A stretch of DNA of 61,337 bases, counting the filler, from Basidioascus undulatus (Eukaryota), in NCBI GenBank assembly GCA_000826855.1. It is 8 parts of 8 records of this genome, joined end to end, with 100 filler letters (N's around TTAATTAATTAA, not from the genome) between each part and the next. Parts side by side here need not be neighbours in the genome. Positions count along the whole stretch, not along the records: positions 1 to 25,811 come from JTLS01000203.1; positions 25,912 to 30,904 come from JTLS01002032.1; positions 31,005 to 35,994 come from JTLS01002033.1; 5 more parts are not named here. One strand, written 5' to 3'. The notes below the pieces were generated by a model. The model had not been told where the DNA came from, ran no database searches, and worked only from the letters and a program-made list of their open reading frames with translations. Both the position numbers and the translations under genes were made by a program. This document shows positions 25,022 to 36,094 of this stretch, piece by piece. Numbering within the stretch: position 1 is the stretch's first letter; the number at the start of each line of letters is the position of its first letter.

Positions 25022-25811
25022 CTAGCGAGACCAAGTTGGTTGCGAAGAGTCCTGCTTCCAGCGCGACGACGGACTCGCCCCATCGTTGGCGCCCGGACTC
25101 GTGGGGGAGTACGCGGGCGAGGCAGGGCTGTACGAAGGCGAGGTCGGGCTGTAGGACGGCGAGGCCGGGCTGTAGCTTGGGGAGGCCGGGCTGTACGAGG
25201 GCGACGTCGGCGAGTACTTGGGACTCGCCGGGCTGTACGAGGGACTCGTCGGCGAATACTTTGGACTCGCTGGGCTGTACGAGGGCGACGTTGGCGAGAA
25301 CTTGGGCGACGTCGGGCTATACGACGGCGACGTCGGGCTATACCGTGGGCTGGTCGGGGAATAACCTGCACATACAGAGCGTCAGCGCGCTCGCTCTCAG
25401 CGTGCAGGCAGCTGGCGCTACTCACTTGGGCTGGTCGGGCTGTATTTCGGGGAGGTTGGCGAGTAGGACGGGGAGGTCGGGGAGAAGGCGGGCGAGGCCG
25501 GGGAGTATCGGGGGCTTGTGGGGCTGTAGGACGGGCTGGTGGGCGAGAAGGCGGGCGACGTGACGCCGAGCAGCGGGCTCGTGGGGGAGTAGCCGGGGCT
25601 CGTTGCGCCGCGGAAGGCGGGCGAGGTGACCCACGGTGACACGGCGCCCGTTGCAGGGGAGGTCGGGACGTCTGAGTGTCATCAAAGTCAGCATCCTCGC
25701 AATGAGGCGATGTGGCGCAATGCACGTACAGCCAGGGCTCGTCGGGCTCCACGAAGGCGAAGTCGGCGAGTAGCCACCGGCGGGCGACGCCATGCCGGCC
25801 GCCATCGGAGA
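25022..25811 (-). CDS. RPB1: RNA polymerase II largest subunit, C-terminal domain (5'-truncated by contig end)
   Basis: About 22 YSPTSPS-type heptads across three exons (introns 25672-25729 and 25366-25425), ending [23 protein letters not shown]. Confidence 0.93.
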
Positions 25812-25911
25812 NNNNNNNNNNNNNNNNNNNNNNNNNNNNNNNNNNNNNNNNNNNNTTAATTAATTAANNNNNNNNNNNNNNNNNNNNNNNNNNNNNNNNN
25901 NNNNNNNNNNN
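25812..25911. other. Artificial contig linker N44-TTAATTAATTAA-N44
   Basis: Six-frame stop 12-mer flanked by 44 Ns on each side; identical at all seven joins. Confidence 0.98.
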
Positions 25912-27575
25912 CCAACCTCCCCTCCGTGTCCCCACTAATCAGATACCTCAGCACATCGCTCAGACTGATGATCCCCACAAGCATGCCCTTCCTCCTCCGC
26001 CTCCTTCGGGGCTCGGCGAGCGCAAGCCACGCCTCCTCCGGCTCGTCTTCCGCCTCGACCATCACCACTCGGTGCACGCGCCGCTTCGAGATGAGGTTGA
26101 AGAAGGATGCGAGCGTCTCATGCGGCGTGCAGGTTATTACGCCTGGGAAGTCGGGCGAGCGCTGCGAGAGCGCGGAGTGAATTGTGAGGTCGAGGGAGTG
26201 GTACGCGCCTAGGCGGACGAGGGTCTGTGGCGCACCCACTCAGCCGTCAGTCTCAGTCGCCCTCCTGCTTCTAGAATAGAAAAAAGGCCGGATAGAAAAT
26301 GGAGGGAGGGAAGAGCGACGCACGATAACGTCCACCGTCTCATACAAGTTCAGTACGATGCCCTGCGCGTCGATGATGGGCACGGCCGAGATGCCGCGCT
26401 CAGAGAACTGGTGCACGACGTCGAAGACGGTCGTCTCGAGCGTTGCGGTCGCGACGGGGTGGAACGGGTTGTCCGCGTCCGGCGCGGGCGACGCGTCCGA
26501 GACATACGTCCCGATGTTGAGCTCGCGCAGCGTCCGGTGCAGGCCTGTCGTCTCTTTGCACTGCGCGTTCCATCCCGCGGATCGTCAGGCCATGTCCAAG
26601 TCGAAAGCGGGGGAGAATGAGAAAAGGAAGAAGTCGATAGAGCGGGAAAGGGAGAAGGGAAGGAAGGTGGGGAAGATGGGGGAAGGGAGGCGGGCAGGGG
26701 AAACGGCAACGTACGTTCATAGCGATGAACTTGAGCACGCGGTATTGGGTGAGCACGGAGAGGACGACCTCCGTGCCGGTCTGGTCGTCACGGTCGATGA
26801 GCGGCAGGCGGCGCGCGTGCGTCGTCATGAGCAGCTGGCAAGCCTCGAGGAGCGGGCGGAGCGGGTGGATCGAGTGCAGAGGCGGGGGCGGGACGGAGAT
26901 CGCTTGCTCGATTTCTAGAGTGTGCGGGTGGGGGAAGGGGTCAGTGGGCGGTTCGAAGAGTGCAGGGGGATGCCAGCAGCCGCAACTCGGCCCCCAGCTA
27001 GAGCGAACATCCAAGGAGGTTGTGTCCTGACTTCAGCTCCGCAGCGCCGCCCCGCCACTCACCTCGCAAGCTGCCGAGAGTGAGCTTCTCGACGTCGGCT
27101 GCTGCGCCCTCGTATGTCGTGGTGTGATAGTAGTATTGCATGAGGTGTACCAGATCGGCGATGGTGAGCATGCCTGCGAAGCGGGACTCTGCAGAGGACC
27201 ACAGGGGCGCAGAGACGACGCCTGCATTTCCTCGAATGTCAGTGTGCCCATCCTCACCAGCTGAGGATAAGATGAGCACGCACCGTTCTGCACGAGCGCC
27301 CCCAGCGCCTTCTTTACCTGCAGCTCCGTATCAAAGACGATCATCTTGCTGCTAACGGGCAAGATGGACAGGGACGTCTTCGACTGGAGGAAGGCGCGGA
27401 TGGACTCGAGCGCGCGCTCGTGGTCGCGCGGGTGGGGCGGTGGGCGCGCGGAGGTGTTGCGTCGCGGGCGGGTGGTCGATGCGGATGCGGGGTGTGAGGG
27501 CGTAAGATGGGAGGAGGTGGGGGCGATGGAGGGCGGGGGGAGGGGGGCCGGGATGGGAGGCGGATCGGACGACAT
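25912..27575 (-). CDS. SNF4: AMPK/SNF1 gamma subunit (CBS domains), 3'-truncated
   Basis: Motifs: LPVSSKMIVFDTELQVKKAL, VVSAPLWSS..FAGMLTIADL, LHSIHPLRPLLEAC..ARRLPLID, VLTQYRVLKFIAMN, RRVHRVVMVE, GIISLSDVLRYL. Confidence 0.93.
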
Positions 27576-27884
27576 CCTGGGCGGTCGCGATGGAGGGTTG
27601 TGTGCAATAATCCGCAGTATTTTGTGTGTGGTGTGAGTACGCGTCTGAAATGTCGAGTGCGATGGATATGGGTGTAGCTGGCTAGGGGAAGTGGACAAGG
27701 TTCGGTCGAAGCCGGCGTCGAGTTTCGCGCGTCATCAAGCAGGATAACGAGACAACAGCCGAGCATACAACCGATACTGTGCCACACGAATAAACGTCTT
27801 AACCGCGTCTCACCCGGCAGCGCGTCTTCTCTCTTGCCTCTCCTCTTCTCATCCATCCCATCCTACACTCCCCGCACATCCAGC

Positions 27885-28671
27885 ATACCCCCCAAGTCCG
27901 CCTCCCCCGAGGCCCTCAGCGCCTTTCCCCCCGAGACGCGTGAGATGCTCCAAGTCCGTCGTCCCCCTCCCCTTCCTCCTTCGAAACCCTCTAACGCCCG
28001 CCCAGAAAGTCCTCTCGACCTACCGCCCACGCCCGAACGCACCCGACGGGCCAGGCGACATAATGCGCCACCTCGCGTCCTCCTTCCCGTCCGACGAGGT
28101 CGACATGCTCGTGCGCTCCCTCGGGTCGATGACGGCCGGCGCGGGTGGGGTCGCGGTCGATTTGGACAAGTTTGATTATGGGAGCGTCAAGGTGGCCAAG
28201 GATAGCTTTTGGGTCGTGCAGATTGTCTCGCTCGGTTTCCGGAAGGGAGAGGAGGAGAGGGAAGAGTCCTTTGAGGGCGCGCAGCCCGTTTGGGGGGTCG
28301 TGGTTTGTGAGTGCTATTTGGGAGTACGCAGGGAGAGGGGGGAGGACGCTGATGGGATGGGGTGGGATGGTGGGATCCAGACGACGAGAAGGGCAGCTAC
28401 AGGTGCATGGAGACGCCCGAAACAACCGGGCTTCCATCGTCCGCCTTCATCCTCACGTGTGTCCTCCTTCTCGCCCCTCCGTCTCCTCCACCTAGACCCC
28501 CTCCCATCCCACAGCCGCATCAAGATATCCATCGCCTCCCCTCTCGCGCCCCTGCCCCCCTCCCTTCCTCCTCTAACAACCCTGGGCCTTCCACCTCCAC
28601 CTCTCCGCCCCATCCCCTCTCCGCCTCCCTCCTCCCACACCTCTCCCCCGCCCTTCCCACACTATTCATAG
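27885..28671 (+). pseudogene. Truncated 5' half of an uncharacterised basidiomycete gene; ATA at the presumed start
   Basis: ATA-CCC-CCC-AAG looks like a former MPPK start. Three GT-AG introns give [51 protein letters not shown]. The sequence then runs into PPM1-derived DNA and stops at 28671. Confidence 0.5.
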
Positions 28672-29521
28672 CGGAATGCCTGCTGGTCTACATGCCCCCC
28701 TCCGCCGCCGCCGCGCTCGTCTCCTGGTTCGCGCAAACGTTCGAGCACTCCGCGGGCGTGGTGTATGAGATGTGCGGCGTGGATGATAGCTTTGGGAGGG
28801 TGATGGTTCAGAACCTCAAAGTGCGCTTCTTTTCCTCCCTGCCTTCTCCCTCTCTCTCCTTCCTCCTTCCCCTCCCTTCTCCCTCTCTCCCTTCCCTTCC
28901 TCCTCCCTTCTTTCTCCCTTTCCTCCAGGCCGCGAAAGCTGAACCCACCCGCCGCGGACAGGCGCGCAACATCGCCCTCCCCGGCGCCCTATCCTACCCG
29001 CGTGTCTCTTCCCAGCCGGGACGCTTCACAGACGCAGGCTTCGCCCGCGCGGGCGCGCTGGACCTCGAAACTGTGCGGACGCAAGTCGTCTCCTCCGAAG
29101 AACGCGCACGGTTCGTCGGATCTTCCCCTCCTCCCCTTTCCCCATCTCCGTCTTCAGAAGCCCTGTCTACCTCTCCTTTTACCTTTTACCTTCTCCCTTC
29201 TCTCCTCTCCATTATCCATTCTCCCTTCTCCCTTCTCCCTTCTCCATGATCCTCTCCCTCCTCTCTCCTCTCCTTTCCCCACTTCTCCACCACTCTCCCT
29301 AGTCCACTTCTCCCTGCTCGCCTCGACTCGCAAATGGAAACCCAAGAAAGCTGACATGCATGTGGGTGTTGGCGCCGGGGTTATGGGCTGGCAGGACAGC
29401 GAAGCTCGAGATGCTCGACGAGGTGGAGGAGCTTGAGCTGTTGCTGAGGCACTATGCGATTTCGTGGGCGACTAAGGGGGAACGGTTGGAGGGGATGGGG
29501 CTGGAGGTGGGGGGCGGGTGA
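28570..29521 (+). pseudogene. PPM1: 3' half of leucine carboxyl methyltransferase (PPM1/LCMT1); N-terminal SAM-binding half absent
   Basis: [60 protein letters not shown] to TGA at 29521. No upstream INRG..R, LGAGxDT or EIDF motifs are present. Confidence 0.8.
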
Positions 29522-29749
29522 TGCAACCTGCGCAACCTGGCGCACGGCCAAGTGCATTTGGGTGATTGGAGAGAAGGAAGAGAGCCGCTGCGTGAGAGTG
29601 CGAGAGCCGGGCAAGTGAGGTTCTTAGATGCTCGATATGATGCGCAACACAACGACCTGGCTTGAAGAGAACCAGCACAGCCGGTCCTCCCCGCCTGATC
29701 ACCACGCTCTGTCGCGAGGAGTACGCGACAATATCTTTGCTTTTTCATC

Positions 29750-30400
29750 AAGAAAAGCAGCAAATGGCCACTCTAAGCGTGCAGCGCAACCAAGTCGGGC
29801 GCTTGTGCCTTCCCATCTTCGTCCAAACTATCCAGATGACTTGAGGTGACAAAAATTCATCAACACCGAATCGCCCAAAAATCGCCACTGTATGCGTTGC
29901 ATCCGCACCGGAGAAAGTCAACGCATCCCCGGCGGGCGGGGTTGCAACGACCGCATGAGGCCCACAGGTCAGGGCGCGCCTCACCGCGTGCTCGTCGAAC
30001 GCCTTCCTTCGATTCTCCACGCTCTCCACTGTAGCTGTACTACTGACTGCTCACTGCTCGCGATGAATATTGGACATGGAGTCGATGGGGATGCTCACCC
30101 CCTGCTCTCACATCCTTCCTTGCATCAGCTGACGGTTGCTCATCGCTCGAATCCTCCTCCTCGTCCTCCAGGCTGTCGTTCTCCTCATCGATCAAACCGC
30201 GCAGCTCCTCTCCCTCGACACTTGGGGGGCGCAGGCGGACGTCGCATGTGATTCTTGAGCCTGCCCGGTGAGAGTGCGTGCGGGGGAGAGGTTTGAGGTG
30301 CGGGACGCCTTTCCCGGGGTGCGAGAGAGGATGCCGCCCGCGGTGAACTGCTCGGAACGCTAGAGGAAGGGCGGGTGCGCCGGGTGGGAAGCGAGCGTGC
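29750..30400 (-). other. Coding-like fragment of an unknown gene (acidic tract EENDSLEDEEEDSSDE), incomplete or degraded
   Basis: ORF pieces 30040-30615 and 29748-30029 have protein-like composition; no family recognised. Confidence 0.25.
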
Positions 30401-30904
30401 CGTGGGAGGTGGTGGTGGAGGAGGAGAGAGCGGGGGGACGGTGGGGGAAGGGTAAGAAGAGAGTGTAAGTCTTCGTTCTCATTCCCTCCTGCCTTCTTCC
30501 TTTTCCCCCTACCTCGCACTTTCCCTTTCCCTCCTCCATTCCTCCGTGCTCCTTCTTTAAATTGTTTCCGTCCTTGCTGATCAGCTTCCCATCCACCCCC
30601 CTCCCCCAGTCTCACAGCCCCGATCCTCTACGCCCGCCCCACCCGCGCCCCTCGCTCCCCGTCCGCCGAGTTAGCCCTCACACTCCGCCGCCCGCGGTCC
30701 CCGCCGTCCGAAGACCCCGCGGAGTGGGGCCGTGTTTCCTCTTGACGGGACGGCTGGCGCTCGGGTGGGTCTTATGCTCCCTTTCCCTTCCTTTCGCCTT
30801 CCCTCCCTACCTCCTCTTTCCTTTTCCTCTTTCTTCCTCTCCTCCACCTTCTCAGTTACTGACCCCTCGAGCTCCCGCAGGTATCCCTCCCCCACCCCCC
30901 GCGC

Positions 30905-31004
30905 NNNNNNNNNNNNNNNNNNNNNNNNNNNNNNNNNNNNNNNNNNNNTTAATTAATTAANNNNNNNNNNNNNNNNNNNNNNNNNNNNNNNNNNNNNNNN
31001 NNNN
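30905..31004. other. Artificial contig linker
   Basis: N44-TTAATTAATTAA-N44. Confidence 0.98.
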
Positions 31005-31738
31005 TCTCGGCTTTGTGGACGAGGAAGGGTTCATCTACGTTCGCGATCGCGGTTCGCGATCGCGGTGCGCTCTCAATCGCAGACTGGCGCAGGGGCAAAA
31101 AGCTCACTTGCGCTGGCTTGCAGTGAAGGACATCATCATTCGGGGAGGCGAAAACATCTCTAGCGTCGTCGTCGGTGCGTTTCTCTCGCGCTGTTTGATT
31201 TTGCATTCCGGTCAGGCTTAAATCTCAGTTACTGATTATACAGAAAACGCCGTCTACTCAGAGTAGACAAATACGCTTCTACTTTTCCCATAGACCCGAC
31301 TTACACTGGCCATCAGCTCCCGTGTCGCCGACTGCGCTGCGGTGCCACTTCCCTACCCTACCTTGGGCGAAGTCGTGTCATGCGTGGTCGTTACCCGCGA
31401 GGGCTTCCACGGGAAGCTCACCCAGGAGCATATCCAATCGTACACAGCAAAACTCCTCCCCGGGGTAAGTTTTTCATAGGGTTTGGAGCCAACATCTTCG
31501 GTCTAATTAGGATAATTCTACTCCACAGGCCGTGCCCGAGTTCATCGTCTTCCGTGAGAAGCCCATCGAGAGGAATGCGGCGTAAGTATGATAACAGCTC
31601 TCATTATGTTCGGAAGCGATGGCTGATTTGACAAACGCTCGCAGCGGCAAGGTTGTCAAGAAAGATCTGAAGAATGAAGTCCTGCGGGAGTGGAAGAAGC
31701 GTGGTGCAGGAGTAGCGAAAGTCACTGCGAAGCTGTGA
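31005..31738 (+). CDS. AMP-binding acyl-CoA synthetase, C-terminal part, with peroxisomal PTS1 (-AKL); possibly disrupted
   Basis: [52 protein letters not shown]..AKL*. A 13-bp tandem duplication at 31039-31064 sits next to a splice donor. Confidence 0.85.
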
Positions 31739-32311
31739 TACGGGGAATCAGTACTTGAGTTGGGATTGTAGTGCAGTACCATACCGGATGAAAAATCAGT
31801 GCAAATGTCCTGCCTACCTCATGGTGACAATTCCTTCCCCGTCAGGCACCCGTACGACTGCCAGATTCCCGCCCAAGTGCGCATTGAGATGTTTTTCTCT
31901 ATGTCGTCACCGGCAGGCAGTCAGTCGCACGAAACTGTTGCAGGGCCAGTCGGCCGGTTGCGACGGCAGTTATGGGAGGAGGTGCACATGGCGGAGGGCT
32001 TTTAATACCCTAGTTTACATGCAGGAGCGCACTTATCGCCGTGGATATGCGCTTAATTCAGCAGAAGGCAGGTGTATGGCGAATCACATACGGTATATCT
32101 GTTCGTGAGTTGTCGCGCTGCGAGACCGAAGTGCGATATGAGAGTGCCGATTTGCTGGCTGATCGGTTGTGGGAACGATGCCGCCGCGCACATCCATAAT
32201 TGGGACTGGACCGCGGCTTGATCTGTTCCCACCTCTACTCTCATCATATTCTTTTCGAACTCGATATACAATCACATAATTTCTTCCGAATCCTCATGTA
32301 TTGACCGGCGC

Positions 32312-35300
32312 ATGGTGTCCACTCCCGATCGACCGTCAACGCCGGCGTCTTTAGACACTGCGCTCGAAACTCAGTCTGCTCCGCCTCCCGCTGCGCCTGA
32401 AGCCCTCGGCCAGGACGAGAAGGAGACCGCTGCTCTCGAAGGGCCCGATGATCCCTCCTTGAATCGCAAAGTCAGCGTACCGCCAAGCGCACCTGCTCCG
32501 CCATATTGTGCGTCTCTCCGGTCGGGCGACTCTGTTGTTTCTCACGCTGACTATCGATCGCGACAAGCCATCTACACCCATCGACAGAAGTTGGCGATAT
32601 GTTGTCTGGCTGCACTAGCTGGTATGGGCGGGATCATCATGTTGAATTCTTATTTCGACGCTCACTGGTATGGATGCAGGAATGCTCTCCTCTCTCGCCG
32701 CAAACAGTGCGTTTCTGCCGTTGCATATCGCGGGCCCGCGACGATGACAACACTAACTATTTGACGTTTAGTCTACTTTCCTTCCATACCCGGTACGTTT
32801 GACCTGCGTGTTACCACCACGTAGCGCCTTGCTGAACAGAGTGCACAGAATTGAGTCGGGACTTCAAGCGTTCTGTGCAGGATATCAAGTACGCACAGAA
32901 CTTCTCCTCGCCGGCAACCTGACGATTTACTTCATCCCTGCGACGCAGCATCACAGTGACGGTGTACATGATCTTCCAGGGCATCAGCCCGACTCTCTGG
33001 GGCGCTGTTGCGGACACGAAAGGCAGACGGCAAGTCCTCATGTTTCGACGGTCCCGCGACCGAGTTCACAGCTGAAGTGAAGGTGACAGACCCGTCTACC
33101 TGGCCTGTCTCACTGTATTCTTGCTTTCGAACGTTGGGTAAGCACTCATGAGTAACAGTGTCTTATGTTCGTCTGACATGCCCCTCAGGCTCGCCCTGAT
33201 TCCCAACAGAGCCTACGCTGGCCTTCTGGTGCTGCGATGCGTGTCCGCGTTCGCGAGCGCGGTGGTTATTGCGCTAGGTGAGCAGGCTGTGCGGTACAGG
33301 GAGACGAGCGCTTTCACTCACAGTGCGCTGTAGGGTCCGGTACTGTGGGAGACATTGCCGAGCCCTTCGAAAGGGGTAGATACATGGGCGTAAGTTGTTC
33401 AATCCTGCATCCGCAAGCCAGACGCCGACCTAACCGACCTCTTCAGATTCAATCTATCGGGCCGATGGCGGGACCCTGGTGCGTGTTGCAGCTTCACTGG
33501 TCGGGAAGGTTGCTCACATTGCTGTTACCGTCAGCTTCGGGCCCGTCGTGGGCGGGACTGCTCAGTCAAGGGTTTGGTTGGAGGTACGCCGTACTCGTTA
33601 TCTACAATATCTGAAGTGCTCAACTTAATCTCTGCCCCGCAGAGCTATCTTCTGGTTCCTCGCCGCTCTCTCCGGCGCGGTCATCCTGCCGATGGCGCTC
33701 TTCTTTCCCGAGGTGCGCACTCACCTTTGCCTGCCGTATCGACACAGCGCGCCGAGTCTCTTCACGTTCAGACGCTCCACACCATCGCTGGAAACGGGAG
33801 TATTCCGCCTAGTGGTATGAACAGAACACTGTGGCAGGTCATCAAGCATCGCAACGACCCCAAACCGAAGGAGGACGTCGCGACGAAGCCGCCCAAGCAG
33901 GTGACCAGCGTGGTATGGGTCACCGTAGTCTTTTCGGGAGGGCATATTGGAGTCAACGAGCTAACAACCTGTTGATCCTCAGTTCGCCGGGCTGAAGTAC
34001 TTCCTCGAGCCTGACGTCGCGATCATCCTCTTCTTCAACGCCTTGAACTGTGCGTTTGACACGCACACCTGTTCGCTAACAACCACTCACGCATAGTAAT
34101 CCAGACACCCTCTTCTGTACGTCTACCGCGCTGCTGCAAATCCGACGTTGATCAGCTTACCCACCTCACAGACGCCGTCACGACGTCGACGTCGTCCATC
34201 TTCGAACGACAATACACCTTCCTCAACGACGCCACTATCGGTCTTTGCTACTTGCCGATCGGGTGTGCACTTCTGCAACCTTACGATACCGTTCTCACTG
34301 CACCCACCTGAAGCGACTGCAATCCTTGCAGCACCGGCTTCCTCGTCTCCGCCGCTTCACCGGCCGGATCATGGACCGGGAGTTCCAGGCGTACAAGCGC
34401 CGCGTCGAAGCGAAGCGCGCGTCGCTCCCTGCCCCACCGCCAGGCGCAGCGAGCGAGAAGCCCAAGGATGCCGACGACCTGGCAGTGTTTCCGCTCGAGC
34501 ACGCTCGGCTTCGCGTGATGCCCATTTACCTGGGCATCCTCTGGGGATCCGCTATTATTTGTGCGGTTTTCCTGGATGCCTACGCCCGTGCCTCATTCTC
34601 TGACAGATGCCCCTGTCCGGTGCAGATGGCTGGCTCGTTCAGCAGAACGTCTCGCTGGCGGGTCCGCTCGTCTTCCAGTTCTTCAGTACGTGTTCTCTCC
34701 GGTCCTTGTTTGAATGTAGAGTAGGAAAGCAACGTTGACCCGTGGCGCACACGACAGTCGGATACAGCAGTACTGCGGTCATGCAAGTCTCGCAAGTCAT
34801 GCTGGTTGACCTCTTCCCCGGCCGAGGGTGAGTCGCTCAGCAGTTCCCAAAGGTGCGCGTCTTCCTTGAGCTGATTGTGCCTTCTTTCTCGAACGCAGAG
34901 CGTCCATTACAGCCAACGTACGTTACCCCATAAATGCTCATGCGCACTCGCGTCACGCTCACGATATAACTCGTTGTCTTATTTCACACCAACCCACAGA
35001 ACAACCTCGTACGTCCCCTTTCTCCATCGCACTCCCAAACCCCATCGACTTCCCAACTGACCGCATACTCCCCTTCCTCCCCGATAGTGCCGCTGCCTCA
35101 TCGGTGCCGCCGGCACCGCGGCAATCGAGCCTCTCCTGACCGCGCTCAATTCGGGGTGGACGTTTATCCTGCTGGCAGGGATCTGCGCCGCCGCGAGCCC
35201 GCTCATGGTCCTCGAGTGGCGGCGGGGGATCGTGTGGCGCGCTTCGCGCGCCGAGCGGAACCGCAAGGAGGAGGAGCGGCGGAAGGAGAAGCGGGAACGG

Positions 35301-35438
35301 AAGGAGCGCGCGAAGCGGGAGAAGGAGAAGGCGGGCGGGAAGACAGTTGGTGCGGCGGTGGAGGAGGAGGACAGCGATGCGGGGCAGCAGCACGGGTTCC
35401 CGGAGCCCGTGAGGAGGATCGTCACGCCGCATGATTAG
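32312..35438 (+). pseudogene. MFS DHA1-family drug:H+ antiporter (QDR-like) with two frameshifts
   Basis: Motifs: IYFPSIP, VTVYMIFQGISPTLWG..DTKGRRPVY, GDIAEPFERG.YMG, GWRAIFWFL, FPETL, FPLEHARLR, NNL.RCL. There is a +1 G at ~33555 (GGC GGG A CTG) and a -1 at ~34355 (GCC GC TTC). GC-AG intron at 33030; 9-nt micro-exon near 35000. Confidence 0.78.
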
Positions 35439-35723
35439 ACGTCCATGGATCGGACATTACAACCTCATCTTTATGATTCTACGCCACGCTTGAGCTCTGC
35501 TGTCGGTTCCTAAGTTGCCTAAGAGTCGCACACTCTGCGACCACACGCAATGCACATGCCGCGAAAAGCAAATAATTCAACCAGCTCCATTCCGAGATAT
35601 TCCTTCAACAAGCGAACGAGCAATACAGAGCCAAGTATTCCTGTCGTAACGTACCACAACCAAACCTCAACAAAACAAAACAAAACAGAAAGAAAGGGGA
35701 CAGTCTCGTCGTATCCCTCCTCC

Positions 35724-35994
35724 TCACTCCGACTTGAATCCATCCGAGTCCTCGCTCCCCACCGCAAGGCCATGGTCCGCCTCCCTCGGCTCGATCGCCG
35801 CGCCACGCTCGCGCAGCCACGCAGTAACCTCGGAGGGGCGGATATTCTTCTCGCGGCCGAGGAGGGCGTCCTTGGGAACGAGCTCGTGTTCGTGCGCCTC
35901 TTGGGGGGAGTCGAGCGCGAGGAGCAGCGTCGATAGCGCGCGGACGGCGTCGAGCCGGGTGCGGAGGAGCTGACGGATCAGGCGCCGGCCCGAG
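35724..35994 (-). CDS. 3' fragment of a hypothetical protein
   Basis: Open frame from the contig end: RLIRQLLRTRLDAVRAL..NIRPSEVTAWLRERG..GFKSE*, with GC3-rich codons. Confidence 0.5.
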
Positions 35995-36094
35995 NNNNNN
36001 NNNNNNNNNNNNNNNNNNNNNNNNNNNNNNNNNNNNNNTTAATTAATTAANNNNNNNNNNNNNNNNNNNNNNNNNNNNNNNNNNNNNNNNNNNN
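35995..36094. other. Artificial contig linker
   Basis: N44-TTAATTAATTAA-N44. Confidence 0.98.

Noticed and set aside
25856..25867. Recurring TTAATTAATTAA palindrome as a biological repeat, terminator or CRISPR-like element
   Set aside because: It is always embedded in exactly 44+44 Ns, so it is a six-frame stop linker added in silico.
28219..28236. QIVSLG as the PPM1 SAM-binding motif (QIVSLGAGxDT)
   Set aside because: It is followed by FRKGEE rather than AGxDT, and the flanks do not resemble LCMT1; treated as coincidence.
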